Source: a virus
Lineage: Duplodnaviria; Caudoviricetes
Virus record (IMG/VR): IMGVR_UViG_3300011445_000020
Location: 81 to 64,080 of that record
Direction: 5' to 3' (one strand)
DNA: 64,000 bases
In this document: one piece after another, positions 26,367-36,680 of the stretch
Layout: each line of letters opens with the position of its first letter
Position numbering within the stretch: the first letter of the stretch is position 1
Translations under genes and position numbers: made by a program
Notes under the pieces: generated by a model
What the model was told of the DNA's origin: nothing
The model's input: only the letters and a program-made list of their open reading frames with translations
The model's database searches: none

Positions 26367-27398
26367 ATGCCGGGTTCCGTTACTTACAACTTCGGTGCCT
26401 ATGCCTTCGATGGCTCGGACCTGAAGTCGGGAGTCGCCAAGGAAGACCTGCTGGAGCAGATTACTAACATCTCTCCATCGGACACGCCGTTCGTGTCGCA
26501 GGCTCCGAAGGTTGGCTGTCGTCACATCTATCACCAGTGGCTGATCGACACTCTCTCTTCGCAGACCCTCACGGGCGCTGTGGAAGGTGCCGACTGGGCG
26601 CTGGATACCACCACTGCTCCAACCCGCGACTTCAACGTCACGATGATTCTCCGCAAGGACATCGGTCTGTCGGAGTCGCAGCGTGCGGTGGACACCGCTG
26701 GTTTCGCTGACCAGTACGCGTACGAAGTCCAGAAGGCCGTCAAGGAACTGGGCATCAAGCTGGAGAAGGTTGTCTTCGGCGCGCTTACCACGGCGACCGG
26801 CGCGAGCGGCTCGGCTCGTGTCATGAAGGGCCTCCAGGCGTTCACCGTGACCAACACGGCGTTCGCTGGTGCCAACGCAGGTACCCCTGGTACCTCGGCG
26901 AACGACGGCCAGCTTTCGGTCGGCGACTTCAACGACATGCTGAACGCCATCTACACGCAGGGCGGTAACCCCGAGCAGGTCTACGTTTCGCCGAAGGTGA
27001 AGCGTCAGATTAGTGCGTTCGCGGTTCCGGGCGCTGCGGCTGGTAACGTCTACGCCAAGAACATCGCGGCTGTGGACAAGAAGCTCATCGGTGCGATCGA
27101 CTTCTACGAGTCGGACTTCGGTCTGATCCAGATCGTCCTCGACCGTTGGGTTCCGGAGAGCACCAACACCGTGACTGCGACCGCTTCGGCGACCGCGACC
27201 GGTGGTCAGATGTTCTTCCTCAGCCGTGCGATCAACCGTCTGGCGTGGCTGCCGGGACGTCAGGTGCATCACGAACTCGTGGGCAAGCGCGGAGACAGCG
27301 TTGCGGGCCTCGTGGTTGGTGAAGTGACCCTGGAGGTCCTGTCGGAGAAGGCCAACGGTGTCATCAAGGGCGTCAACAACAAGTCGGCTGTAACGTAA
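26367..27398 (+). CDS. Major capsid protein (SU10/DUF5309 family)
   Basis: KEDLLEQITNISPSDTPF, HQWLIDTL, AVEGAD, YESDFG, LDRW, GEVTLEV. Confidence 0.88.
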   Translation: MPGSVTYNFGAYAFDGSDLKSGVAKEDLLEQITNISPSDTPFVSQAPKVGCRHIYHQWLIDTLSSQTLTGAVEGADWALDTTTAPTRDFNVTMILRKDIGLSESQRAVDTAGFADQYAYEVQKAVKELGIKLEKVVFGALTTATGASGSARVMKGLQAFTVTNTAFAGANAGTPGTSANDGQLSVGDFNDMLNAIYTQGGNPEQVYVSPKVKRQISAFAVPGAAAGNVYAKNIAAVDKKLIGAIDFYESDFGLIQIVLDRWVPESTNTVTATASATATGGQMFFLSRAINRLAWLPGRQVHHELVGKRGDSVAGLVVGEVTLEVLSEKANGVIKGVNNKSAVT

Positions 27399-27404
27399 TC
27401 TGAT

Positions 27405-27440
27405 CAGGGAGGAGGAGATCATACTTCTCCTCCCTGTTTC
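27405..27440 (+). terminator. Intrinsic terminator after the capsid gene
   Basis: CAGGGAGGAGGAG-ATCATA-CTTCTCCTCCCTG-TTTC. Confidence 0.75.
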
Positions 27441-27457
27441 AGTTTCCAAGAGGACAC

Positions 27458-27703
27458 ATGAACAACAGTCGTCAGAATCCGATCACCTCTCATCAGGTGA
27501 CCATCTCGCAGCAGGTTGTGAACCCGTGCAGCATGGAGGCCTCCGAAGAGGAGCGCGCCAAGGTGAAGATCGAGAACAAGTCGGACTCGTACGTCATCTC
27601 GCAGAACGTGGTCAACCCTGTGGCGAACAAGGCGAACTGCCACGGAGGCCCTCAGGCTTTCGCTCAGACGCCACTGCCAGCCCGCCCGATTCCGGGCCGG
27701 TAA
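27458..27703 (+). CDS. Small hypothetical protein with internal repeat
   Basis: ISQQVVNP/ISQNVVNP; GAGG RBS. Confidence 0.6.
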   Translation: MNNSRQNPITSHQVTISQQVVNPCSMEASEEERAKVKIENKSDSYVISQNVVNPVANKANCHGGPQAFAQTPLPARPIPGR

Positions 27704-27713
27704 GAGGTACATC

Positions 27714-27995
27714 ATGGCTCGTCGCAATCCTACGATGTCCAAGTCGGCGACCTCGCTGGAGCCACCGATTCGCGGCATCGACAACCTGGAGAACCCGATC
27801 GGCGTCAACATGAAGGCCGTCGAGGAATCCGAGGCGTTCCCTGGAAACCCGCGCATCTCTGGTGAGATGAGCATGAAGCCGAACAACGGTGACCAGACGG
27901 ACGTCGCTTCTCCTCCTTTCGCAGTGGGCAAGGACATCCGCCACTTCGAGAAGCAGGGAGGCGCGGACCCTACGCCTTCGATGCCAGGAGCGTAA
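27714..27995 (+). CDS. Hypothetical protein
   Basis: GAGG RBS. Confidence 0.6.
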   Translation: MARRNPTMSKSATSLEPPIRGIDNLENPIGVNMKAVEESEAFPGNPRISGEMSMKPNNGDQTDVASPPFAVGKDIRHFEKQGGADPTPSMPGA

Positions 27996-27997
27996 CT

Positions 27998-28180
27998 ATG
28001 GCCAGCAAGCGAGGGAACCCCCTCGAAGCACGTGAGAAGATGGCTCAGGATGCCGCTGACAAGTACGTCGCGGGAAAGGGCTACTCTTCGAGTTCGATGG
28101 AAGCTGTTCGCCGGGCTGCAAAGGCGAACAAACTGAAGACGAAGGTTCGGGTGGGCAACTACCAGGAACCTTCCGAGTAA
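27998..28180 (+). CDS. Small basic protein
   Basis: GGAG RBS. Confidence 0.55.
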   Translation: MASKRGNPLEAREKMAQDAADKYVAGKGYSSSSMEAVRRAAKANKLKTKVRVGNYQEPSE

Positions 28181-28196
28181 CAGAAAGGAGGTTCTC

Positions 28197-28529
28197 GTGA
28201 GCAAACGATCCGAGTACATCAAGCGGTGGCTGGAGAAACATCCTGGCCGAAAGCGTGATTATCGACTTCGTTCAGCGTACGGGATCACTCTCGAACAATA
28301 TCAAGGTATGGTAGAACAACAGAAGGGTCTCTGTGCTCTCTGTGGAAATCCTCCCCGAGGCACAAAGATGAACGATCGGTCACTCAACGTTGACCATGAT
28401 CATGTTACAGGACAAATCAGGGGCCTCCTCTGTGGTCCTTGCAACAAGGGTCTGGGCCTTTTAGGTGACAACCTTGATTCTCTGTGGAAAGCGATTCATT
28501 ATCTGGAAGGAGCTTCCCATGAGCAGTGA
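28197..28529 (+). CDS. Endonuclease VII-family homing endonuclease
   Basis: YGITLEQY...CALC...VDHDHVTGQIRGLLCGPCN; AT-richer than flanks. Confidence 0.88.
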   Translation: MSKRSEYIKRWLEKHPGRKRDYRLRSAYGITLEQYQGMVEQQKGLCALCGNPPRGTKMNDRSLNVDHDHVTGQIRGLLCGPCNKGLGLLGDNLDSLWKAIHYLEGASHEQ

Positions 28530-28953
28530 CATTCGTATCAATAGGATCAAAAGTGCCAACAAGGCACAACTGGGCCTGCTCGGCGAAGTCGTCGGGCGGG
28601 CACAGGAAGTCGATCCAGTACTCCGTCAGACCGCGTACAACCGTGATGAGTTTCGTCGTATGGAAGACTCGATGAGCGCCCTCGGGGCGTACTGTCGGAA
28701 GAACGGGTTCGACCCGTCCCGACGGTTCCAGCACGTTGCGAACTTCGACAACGCTGTCTGGCTGCTCGTGCTCGAAATGTTTGCCAAGTACGACATGGAG
28801 ACTGGTGACCTGATGGACGACGGTCTCCTCTACAAGACCGATCCGAATACGAATACTGTCAAGCTCAACAAACCATTTTTCTACGCCCTCGTCTCCTACT
28901 TCGAGAGCATGGGCATCCCTGTAGACATGCGCGGGAAAATCAAGATCAATTGA
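28519..28953 (+). CDS. Hypothetical protein
   Basis: GGAG RBS, codon bias. Confidence 0.6.
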   Translation: MSSDIRINRIKSANKAQLGLLGEVVGRAQEVDPVLRQTAYNRDEFRRMEDSMSALGAYCRKNGFDPSRRFQHVANFDNAVWLLVLEMFAKYDMETGDLMDDGLLYKTDPNTNTVKLNKPFFYALVSYFESMGIPVDMRGKIKIN

Positions 28954-28965
28954 AAGGAGCCCTTC

Positions 28966-30261
28966 GTGGCCTCGAACTTTTTTATCTGGACGACCAACTT
29001 CGCTACCCGTAGTGCCTGTAGTTACTACCGGATCGAAGTGCCCATGCTGATGCTCGACAAGTTCGGGTACGCCTCGGTCTACGAGGATAAAGGCCAGGGC
29101 ACCGAAGAATCTTCGATCGCGCGCACCTACTCTGACGTTGCACACCATTACGCGCTCGGTGGCGAGGTTATCCTCCATCAGATGAAACGCCTACGCGCGA
29201 TGCCTGCGGGAACCCGCCAGGGTAACGAACTATACCCGCCCGCGTTGATCTACGACATCGACGACAACAACGACTTCGTGCATCCTTTCAACACTTCCTC
29301 ATTCGCTCACATGGGCGTCCGTGGTTACCCTGACGCTCGCCTCTTGGAACCAGGAGAGGGTCTCGATATCGTCGAAAGCACGGGCAAGAAGATCGCCCAA
29401 TGGGTTGATCGACACACGAAGAGCAATGAGATCACCTTCGACATCGCGCGTAATCTCCACCAGATGCGCGTCCGTCACGAGATCATCCGCACCTGCCACG
29501 GTGTGACCGTCTCCTCGCCCACGCTCGCGCGCTACATGCAGAAGGTCATCGGCCATAACAACGTCTACGTCTACCCGAACACGATCGTGCCCGAGCACTA
29601 CGAAAAGGTGCGCGCAGTCCGCGAGAACCCAGACGAAATCCGCATCCTCTGGCAGGGCGGTATGTCGCACTGGATCGACTGGTACCCGTTGCGTGATGCT
29701 CTGCGGGTGATTGCAACAAAGTACCCGCAGGTCAAGTTCGTGATCTTCGGCGAGTGGTTCAACTGGATTCATGAGAACATCCCCGATCACATGGTCGAGC
29801 ACCACGGGTGGGTGGCGTACGATGCGTACAAGCTCAAGCGGGGTCTTCTCAACATCGACATCAACCTCTGCCCGCTCGTCAACAACGTGTTCAACGCCTG
29901 CAAGTCGGGCATCAAGTGGTACGAGTCGGTGATGGCAGCAGAGCCTGAGGCCACGCTCGCTGCAAAGACGGCTCCGTACGCGGAAATCGTGGACGGTGAG
30001 ACCGGTCTCCTATATTCAACGCCTGAGGAGTTCGTGCAAAAGCTCGGGGTCCTGATCGAAAACGCCAGCCTCCGGAAGAAGCTCGGCGCAGGAGCAAAGA
30101 AGTGGGTACTGGAGAACCGGACGCCGCAGGCGACCACTCCAGGCCTATTCGATTTCTACGCGGAAACCCGTGCGCGCCAGAAGCGTGAACTGGGCACTCC
30201 CATTATCACCCGGGCGACGATCGAAGAGATTAAGAAGATCGCGCATCCTGTTGTGAGGTAA
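28966..30261 (+). CDS. GT-B fold (GT4-like) glycosyltransferase
   Basis: CSYYRIEVP, YDIDDN, VTVSSPTLA, YPNTI, LWQGG.SH..D, DINLCPL..N.FN.CKS.IKWYE, IVDGETGLL. Confidence 0.85.
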   Translation: MASNFFIWTTNFATRSACSYYRIEVPMLMLDKFGYASVYEDKGQGTEESSIARTYSDVAHHYALGGEVILHQMKRLRAMPAGTRQGNELYPPALIYDIDDNNDFVHPFNTSSFAHMGVRGYPDARLLEPGEGLDIVESTGKKIAQWVDRHTKSNEITFDIARNLHQMRVRHEIIRTCHGVTVSSPTLARYMQKVIGHNNVYVYPNTIVPEHYEKVRAVRENPDEIRILWQGGMSHWIDWYPLRDALRVIATKYPQVKFVIFGEWFNWIHENIPDHMVEHHGWVAYDAYKLKRGLLNIDINLCPLVNNVFNACKSGIKWYESVMAAEPEATLAAKTAPYAEIVDGETGLLYSTPEEFVQKLGVLIENASLRKKLGAGAKKWVLENRTPQATTPGLFDFYAETRARQKRELGTPIITRATIEEIKKIAHPVVR

Positions 30262-30263
30262 TC

Positions 30264-31232
30264 ATGAGTATGACGCTCGTCAATGCGAAACGCTACATCG
30301 CCGACATCGTCGGTGGTCGTGCTTCGCAGGAAACTCTGGACGCTGCGGGGGAGGCGATCCTCCGTGGGTACTCCGACTGGGAGGAGAAGAAGTTCTGGAT
30401 TTGGCTCCGGAAAGACACTTCCTCGACCACTGCGGTGACAGGTGTGACCGCCACGGCGGCCTCAGCGATTGTCAACGCTCCTTCAACGGGCGCGTTCAAC
30501 TTCGTAAACATCGGACAAACGGTGACGATTTCTGCGGGCACGGCGACCCTCGCTGCTGACACTACGGTGTCGAGCTACACGCGAGATGCCTCGGGCAACG
30601 TGGCCACGATCACTCTCTCGAATGCCTTCGGTGGCACGACCAACACGAACGCCACGCTCACCTTTAGTGCCGACATCCCGATCATCATCGGAACCAACGA
30701 GTACAACCTCCCGCTCGATTACAACGTCGGGGCGACGGCGAAGTTCTTCGCGGTCCAGAAGCGAATGCTCATCTGGCGGACGCAGGAGTACTGGGATCGT
30801 GTGCAGCCTGACGAGACCCTCCAAGGGCAGGCCTCCGAGTTCACCACGTACAACCCGGTATCGGAACTCACGCAAAACTACGGTGACACTCGGTTGCGGT
30901 TCGATCGCATCCCAGATAGCACCGACACGATGCGTCTTCGGTACTACCGGAAGTTCAATACGACCGCGACAAGTATCGACATCCCGGACGCGCTCCTCTA
31001 CAAGTTCCTCGACTATTGTCGTTCGCTCTTGCTTGAAGCTAAGCGTGCGAAGGACAGCCCGGGTGAGTACCGTGACTCTGTCATCGACAGCATGGAACAA
31101 GCTGCGATCGGAGACGATGAGCGTAACACCGAGAATGATGTGGACGAGTGCATCAAGTCTCAGCACGAGATGGGCATTTCTGGTGTTCCCCTGTGGCGTA
31201 ACGGGGACTTCAACTCCTACTACGGCGTCTAA
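30264..31232 (+). CDS. Head-tail adaptor/tail tubular protein A-like with inserted beta module
   Basis: W.WLR, GTNEYNLP.D, F.RIPD, LRYYR, IPD pattern; synteny. Confidence 0.65.
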   Translation: MSMTLVNAKRYIADIVGGRASQETLDAAGEAILRGYSDWEEKKFWIWLRKDTSSTTAVTGVTATAASAIVNAPSTGAFNFVNIGQTVTISAGTATLAADTTVSSYTRDASGNVATITLSNAFGGTTNTNATLTFSADIPIIIGTNEYNLPLDYNVGATAKFFAVQKRMLIWRTQEYWDRVQPDETLQGQASEFTTYNPVSELTQNYGDTRLRFDRIPDSTDTMRLRYYRKFNTTATSIDIPDALLYKFLDYCRSLLLEAKRAKDSPGEYRDSVIDSMEQAAIGDDERNTENDVDECIKSQHEMGISGVPLWRNGDFNSYYGV

Positions 31233-31240
31233 GAGGTATC

Positions 31241-34200
31241 ATGGCTCTCACTCCTGTCACCGAGGTGTTCTCTGGTGGCATCGCTACTTCGCGTCACCCG
31301 GCGCTGCTCAACGCTGGAGAACTCCAGCGGGCCGACGATTGCATCTACCGGGAGAAAGACCCGGCGATCTGGCGGGCTCCAGGGCGCACTGCGCTGACGA
31401 CTACGGCCATCGGAACGGACATCCGGGGTGTGGGCCACCTCTCGTTCGACGGCACCTACGTTGATCAGTTCGTCCTGCTCGGACGGCGCACCGATGGTTC
31501 TCCTACGTGGCACAGCGGGGGCGACCTCCAGTACCCTGCCTTCCACCTCTACGGTGCGAACTTCACAGCGGTCTCCGGGCTTGCTCCGACGGAGATCGGC
31601 GGACAGGGCTACTGGTCGGGGACCGTCACCAGCACGACCCTCGAAGCGCAGATCATCATCACGAACTGTACGATCTCGGCGGGCACGACCGTGACGACCA
31701 CGAACAACTTCACGAACGTGAAGGTTGGTGCTGTCGTCTCTGGAACGGGCGTAACTGCTGGTACGCGCGTCCAGTCGGTTGATAGCGCGACTACGCTCAC
31801 CCTCGATACGTCGGCGACCTCAGGCACGGTCACGCTCACCTTCACCCAGTACCCGTTCCTCGTGACTGCCCCTGGCGCTCGCATTATCGGTACTAACATC
31901 GGTACGAACGTCTACATCACTGCGGTCTCGAACCAGGACGGCACCACCGGCCACTACCGGACGGCGACCCTCTCGGCAGCACCGACAGGCGGAAACGCCG
32001 TCTACAACTTCGTCACTACCTTCGGTTCGGTCTACGACTGGCAGAACACCGGTCGTGAGATTCTGGACTTCATCCAGTACGGCGCTCGGCGTTACTACGC
32101 CTGGGACGGTGTGGGCAACCTCCAATGTCTCGAATGGCGTGCACGAGCGACGACTACTGATCCGACACTTACCTCAATCCTCTCCACCCGTCCCGTCGGT
32201 CTCCGGGCAGTCGAGAAGGCCCCTACTGTGGCCCTCCAGACCAGCCAAGCGACCGGATGGAATCTCATCAAGGGTGCTGGTCGTTACTGGATTCTGATCA
32301 CGGAAATCTACTCGCCGGAAGCAAACATCGCGGCTGCCTTGAAGGACCCCGTCCTTCGTACACAGATCGTAGAGTCTGCTTACCTCGCGACGAACGACGC
32401 CACGACTGCGGACAACGGTTCTCAATCTGGAGCCGGCCTGCCGATCGGTGTCACGATCGTGACGCCCGCGACCGACAACATCCTGATCACCTTCCCGGCT
32501 GTGACGAACAACGGGAGTGACGGTTACATCGCGACACACTGGGGAATCTACATCTACGGCCCTTCTTCGGAGATGCCGTCGCTCGCTTCGATGCGTCGCT
32601 GTGCCACAGTGCAGATCACGACGATGGCAGCCGGCGCGACGTACCCGCTGACGGATAGCTCCCTGACGCAGACGATGTACCCGACCACGGTGACCTCGAC
32701 TGCTGGTCGCCCTCGCTTCGGCCACGATGACTACATGGTCGGTGCACCAGACGACCTCGAAGGCTACACGAAGGTCGGCGGGTCGAGCAAGAACATCCCA
32801 GATACCGCAGCGGCCCTTCTCGGCACCTACAACTTCGTGACCACCGGAGCGTACGCGAGCAAGCCGATCTTCGGTGTTGAAGTGCAGATTCGTGGGTCGT
32901 GCAACCCCTCGGGTGACACGAGCCATAAGGCTGCGTACTGGTTCCGCGTGATCACCTCTGGCGGTAAGGCGAGCCCTACCTTCTACGGACAGTACGGGAG
33001 CAAGACCAACTGGACTAATCATCACGGCGGTCCGATGGACACCCTCGGAGTTGCGTGGGCAACCACTGACCCGCCTCTGATGCAGGTCCAGATCGGTATC
33101 CATAACGAAGGACGGAAAGACGAACTCGACATCGACTCGGTCGGCCTCAAGGTCTACTACACGACCACGAACGTGGACTTCAACGGTCCTGCGTACCGTG
33201 TCGTGACGTACCGCGATCAGGTCGGGTTGACAGTCAGCGACCCTGCCCGTCTGTTGCCCCCAGTGCCCTCGACGGGTGACTTCTTCATGGGCTCCCTTGT
33301 GCTGAACAACAAGTCACAGGAGAACCAGCTTCGCTACTCGCTCCCGGGCGACCCGGAAGCGTGGCCGAAGCCGTACGAGATCACCTTCAACACTCGGAAG
33401 AAGGACCGCATCACGTACATTAAGACCCTCGGTGCGCTGCTCTTCGTAGGAATGGAGAACAGCGTCAAACGAGTGAACTACCTCCCGCGCGAGACCGACA
33501 CGGACCTCAGCGGGGGGCTGGCGCACGAAGACATCGCGACGAACCACGGTATCCCAGGACCCCTGTGTGCCGTGAAGTTCGACATGCCCGGGAAGGGTGT
33601 GATGATCGCCTACGCTTCGCAGTCGGGGATGTTTCTGACGAACGCGATCTGGACGATCCCGCTGAACATGGACCTCGATTGGGCGAACACCATCAAACTC
33701 TCTGCTCTGAGTACGGCGGTCCTCCGTGTCTACCCGAAGGAGAAGCTGCTTGCGCTCTACTACTGTCCGGCCGGAGCAACGCACACGAAGAACACTCGGG
33801 TGATCTACTTCAGCTATCAGGCAGACAAGATCAAGAACGAATGGCAGATGCCCGCGATTGGCCCGTGTGTCGTCTCAGCGCGCTCCGCGTGTGAGGCTTA
33901 CCTGAACGGTGTGGACTACCTCTTCACTGGTCACGAAGCTGACGGTCTCGTCTACGTAGAAGACAGCGGCCTGTCGATCCCGACATCGTATCGCGTGCGT
34001 CTTAACGACGACAGCGCCAACGGCGACGGCAAGACGACCGCAAACGTGGACGTGAAGATCGTACCGATCATCAAGACTCGTCGGTTCTTCGCTGCCGGCT
34101 TCAACCGTGACGTCTGCGGTGAGTCGATGTACCTGCTCTTCTCGTCGTACGGAGCAAACTCAGTCACAGCTTCCTCGACTACCACAGTCAACAGTACCAC

Positions 34201-34660
34201 GGTCACGTCGTCCGCAGCCTTCGGGTCTGTCGTGGCGGGGATGCGTGTCCTTGGAAGCGGGATGGACCCCGGAACCATCGTCGTCTCGAAGTCCGACAGC
34301 AGTACGATCGTCATCTCTCGGGCAGCCAACGCGAGCGGGACGGCCACGCTGACTTTCGATACTGGTACCATCGGAGTGACCATCCGAGGGAACAGCATCG
34401 GTGAAGTCCCTCTCGGGCTCTCGGTCGATTACGTCTCGACGCTCGTTGGTGACCTCGTCCACTTTAATCGCCAGGACATTCGTCGTGGCTTCGAACTCCA
34501 GATCGAGAAGGTTCCGTTGACGTTCTCGACGGCATCGGACGTGAACGGACTCCGGTTCGACACGGCGACTTGGGCGGACTTGGCGACCAACATGCGTCTC
34601 CACAGCATCACCTACGAAGTTGAAGATGGTGGACCGGACAACAACCGGAACACCGCGTAA
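31241..34660 (+). CDS. Tail nozzle/stabilisation protein (P22 gp10/tubular B-like) with insertions
   Basis: N-terminal FSGGI, LRYS.PGDPEAWP, beta-propeller-like C-half; follows the adaptor. Confidence 0.65.
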   Translation: MALTPVTEVFSGGIATSRHPALLNAGELQRADDCIYREKDPAIWRAPGRTALTTTAIGTDIRGVGHLSFDGTYVDQFVLLGRRTDGSPTWHSGGDLQYPAFHLYGANFTAVSGLAPTEIGGQGYWSGTVTSTTLEAQIIITNCTISAGTTVTTTNNFTNVKVGAVVSGTGVTAGTRVQSVDSATTLTLDTSATSGTVTLTFTQYPFLVTAPGARIIGTNIGTNVYITAVSNQDGTTGHYRTATLSAAPTGGNAVYNFVTTFGSVYDWQNTGREILDFIQYGARRYYAWDGVGNLQCLEWRARATTTDPTLTSILSTRPVGLRAVEKAPTVALQTSQATGWNLIKGAGRYWILITEIYSPEANIAAALKDPVLRTQIVESAYLATNDATTADNGSQSGAGLPIGVTIVTPATDNILITFPAVTNNGSDGYIATHWGIYIYGPSSEMPSLASMRRCATVQITTMAAGATYPLTDSSLTQTMYPTTVTSTAGRPRFGHDDYMVGAPDDLEGYTKVGGSSKNIPDTAAALLGTYNFVTTGAYASKPIFGVEVQIRGSCNPSGDTSHKAAYWFRVITSGGKASPTFYGQYGSKTNWTNHHGGPMDTLGVAWATTDPPLMQVQIGIHNEGRKDELDIDSVGLKVYYTTTNVDFNGPAYRVVTYRDQVGLTVSDPARLLPPVPSTGDFFMGSLVLNNKSQENQLRYSLPGDPEAWPKPYEITFNTRKKDRITYIKTLGALLFVGMENSVKRVNYLPRETDTDLSGGLAHEDIATNHGIPGPLCAVKFDMPGKGVMIAYASQSGMFLTNAIWTIPLNMDLDWANTIKLSALSTAVLRVYPKEKLLALYYCPAGATHTKNTRVIYFSYQADKIKNEWQMPAIGPCVVSARSACEAYLNGVDYLFTGHEADGLVYVEDSGLSIPTSYRVRLNDDSANGDGKTTANVDVKIVPIIKTRRFFAAGFNRDVCGESMYLLFSSYGANSVTASSTTTVNSTTVTSSAAFGSVVAGMRVLGSGMDPGTIVVSKSDSSTIVISRAANASGTATLTFDTGTIGVTIRGNSIGEVPLGLSVDYVSTLVGDLVHFNRQDIRRGFELQIEKVPLTFSTASDVNGLRFDTATWADLATNMRLHSITYEVEDGGPDNNRNTA

Positions 34661-34669
34661 GAGGTCTTC

Positions 34670-36670
34670 ATGCTCTTCACTCCTGTTGAACCCCCTACCA
34701 ATCCTGATCAGTGCGAATCGTGGTTGTACGAGGCAATCAAACGTCTCAACGCCCACGCCCGGCAATCGACTCAGGGTTTCGGTGCGATTCTCCGGGGTGA
34801 AGCGCCTGATGCCTCGGGTAACCCTCTGGGACTTGTTCTCCCGAACTTCCCAGGGGCTCTCCTCTTTGTCGGGCCTGGGCCGGTGCTCGCTGTTGACCAA
34901 ACCAAGCTGTTCTGGGACAACACGAATGATCGTCTCGGTATTGGTGTCGCGACTCCGACGGCCCGTCTGCACGTCGTTGGTTACCCCTCTACGATCATCC
35001 TTCCAGCGAGTGAAAGCGGCGGAATTCAACAGTGGGATAACATCGGAGGATTTGCAAATCGTGGACTAGCTCTTGCCACGGATGACGGTGCTACCTCCTA
35101 CATCAGCCGAACTCGCGTCGGAGGCATCCACACCTGTCTAGTCAACTGGTCGAGCGCCATTAGCTCGACACAGACTTCATGGACTTTGACGTACGTAGCC
35201 CGGATGACGATTGCGTCGTTTGATCCTACAGACGTCGTGCGCTTCAAAATCTACCGTTCAGACGGTGTAGAGTACATCAGTACTGACATCTTCCCACAGT
35301 CTGCCTGGACGACCTCATTCGCCACATACACGGTTACCGTGAGCACGCTCGGGACCACAGGGACTGCGAACACGCTCAAGGTCGAAGCTGATCTTGTTGG
35401 TACTGGTAGTGGGCAGCGCCTCGACATCACTTACGTCTCGCTCCCTACAGGTGGAAGTGGTGGTGATACGGTCGTCTTCCAGGCGGCAGCAAGTCAGACA
35501 GATACGTTGACGGAGTGGCAAGACTCCAGTGGAACCGTTCTTCTGTCTGTTTCGAATGCCGGTGTCCTCTCGATCGGTGCGACCGGAGGTTTTCAACTCG
35601 TGTCCGGTGCTGGTCTCGGTAAGCTACTGACATCCAGCGCATCCGGGGTAGCCTCCTGGACGACACCCGATCTCCTCTCAATCAGTCACGGAGACACGCT
35701 AGCAGGGACTGTCGTCGCGGGCGACATCATCATCGGAAATGCCACACCAAAATGGGCACGTCTCGCCAAGGGGAATAATGGAGAGATACTCAGTCTAGTC
35801 GCTGGCTTGCCCGCATGGACTGCGCTCTCAGCGTTGTCTTCTGCGGAGTTCCTGGACTCTGCCTTCCGCGTCATCGGCTCGGCAGGACCAACGAAGAAGT
35901 TGGCATTTGAAGTGGATGGCCTCAGCGTCGGAACACGGACGCTGACCCCACAAGACGCAGACTACATCATCGCGGGTACGAATCTTGTCCAGACGTTCAC
36001 TCGTTCGCAAGTGTTTCAATCGAGCGCAGATGAAACATCTGTCTTCATCCAAAGCGCCAATATCACTATTGGACCGACTGCGATCCTCAACGTGTCCGAG
36101 CCGGGCGGCATCGACGTGTTTCAAGTTAGTGCAGACGGCTTCACAAACTTCACACAGATGAAGCTTCATGCAGGAAGTATTGGGCTTGGTGCCGATCTCT
36201 CCTTTGATCCAGCGAATCTCACTGGTTCACGAACGATGCTGGTTCCTGATATTTCTGCTACGCATACAATGGTAGCAAGAACAGGGACTATCGCCAACAA
36301 TCGTGTCCCCTTCTTCAACGCATCCAATGCGACTGCATCGCTCATTACATCCAGTGCTTTCACCTTCACGACAGGCACTGCTACGCTGTCGGTAACCAAC
36401 ATCGCTGCACACACTGCCACAGGCAATCTGACCTTCGCTGACGCGATCAACGTGATTCTCAACGGAACCACTGGCACCAAGATTGCCACAGCCACCACCC
36501 AGAAGCTTGGATTCTGGAATGCGGCTCCTATCGTTCAACCGACCACCGCTGTAGCAGCGGCAACGTTTGTCGCCAACTCAAGTGGGATCGTAGACGACTC
36601 TGCGACATTCGATAGTTACACTATCGGACAGGTCGTGAAAGCACTCCGTAACGCGGGACTTCTCGCGTAA
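34670..36670 (+). CDS. Tail fibre/spike protein
   Basis: LFWDNTNDRLGIGVATPTARLHV, GTKIATATTQKLGFW, LRNAGLLA end. Confidence 0.75.
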   Translation: MLFTPVEPPTNPDQCESWLYEAIKRLNAHARQSTQGFGAILRGEAPDASGNPLGLVLPNFPGALLFVGPGPVLAVDQTKLFWDNTNDRLGIGVATPTARLHVVGYPSTIILPASESGGIQQWDNIGGFANRGLALATDDGATSYISRTRVGGIHTCLVNWSSAISSTQTSWTLTYVARMTIASFDPTDVVRFKIYRSDGVEYISTDIFPQSAWTTSFATYTVTVSTLGTTGTANTLKVEADLVGTGSGQRLDITYVSLPTGGSGGDTVVFQAAASQTDTLTEWQDSSGTVLLSVSNAGVLSIGATGGFQLVSGAGLGKLLTSSASGVASWTTPDLLSISHGDTLAGTVVAGDIIIGNATPKWARLAKGNNGEILSLVAGLPAWTALSALSSAEFLDSAFRVIGSAGPTKKLAFEVDGLSVGTRTLTPQDADYIIAGTNLVQTFTRSQVFQSSADETSVFIQSANITIGPTAILNVSEPGGIDVFQVSADGFTNFTQMKLHAGSIGLGADLSFDPANLTGSRTMLVPDISATHTMVARTGTIANNRVPFFNASNATASLITSSAFTFTTGTATLSVTNIAAHTATGNLTFADAINVILNGTTGTKIATATTQKLGFWNAAPIVQPTTAVAAATFVANSSGIVDDSATFDSYTIGQVVKALRNAGLLA

Positions 36671-36680
36671 GAGGTACACC

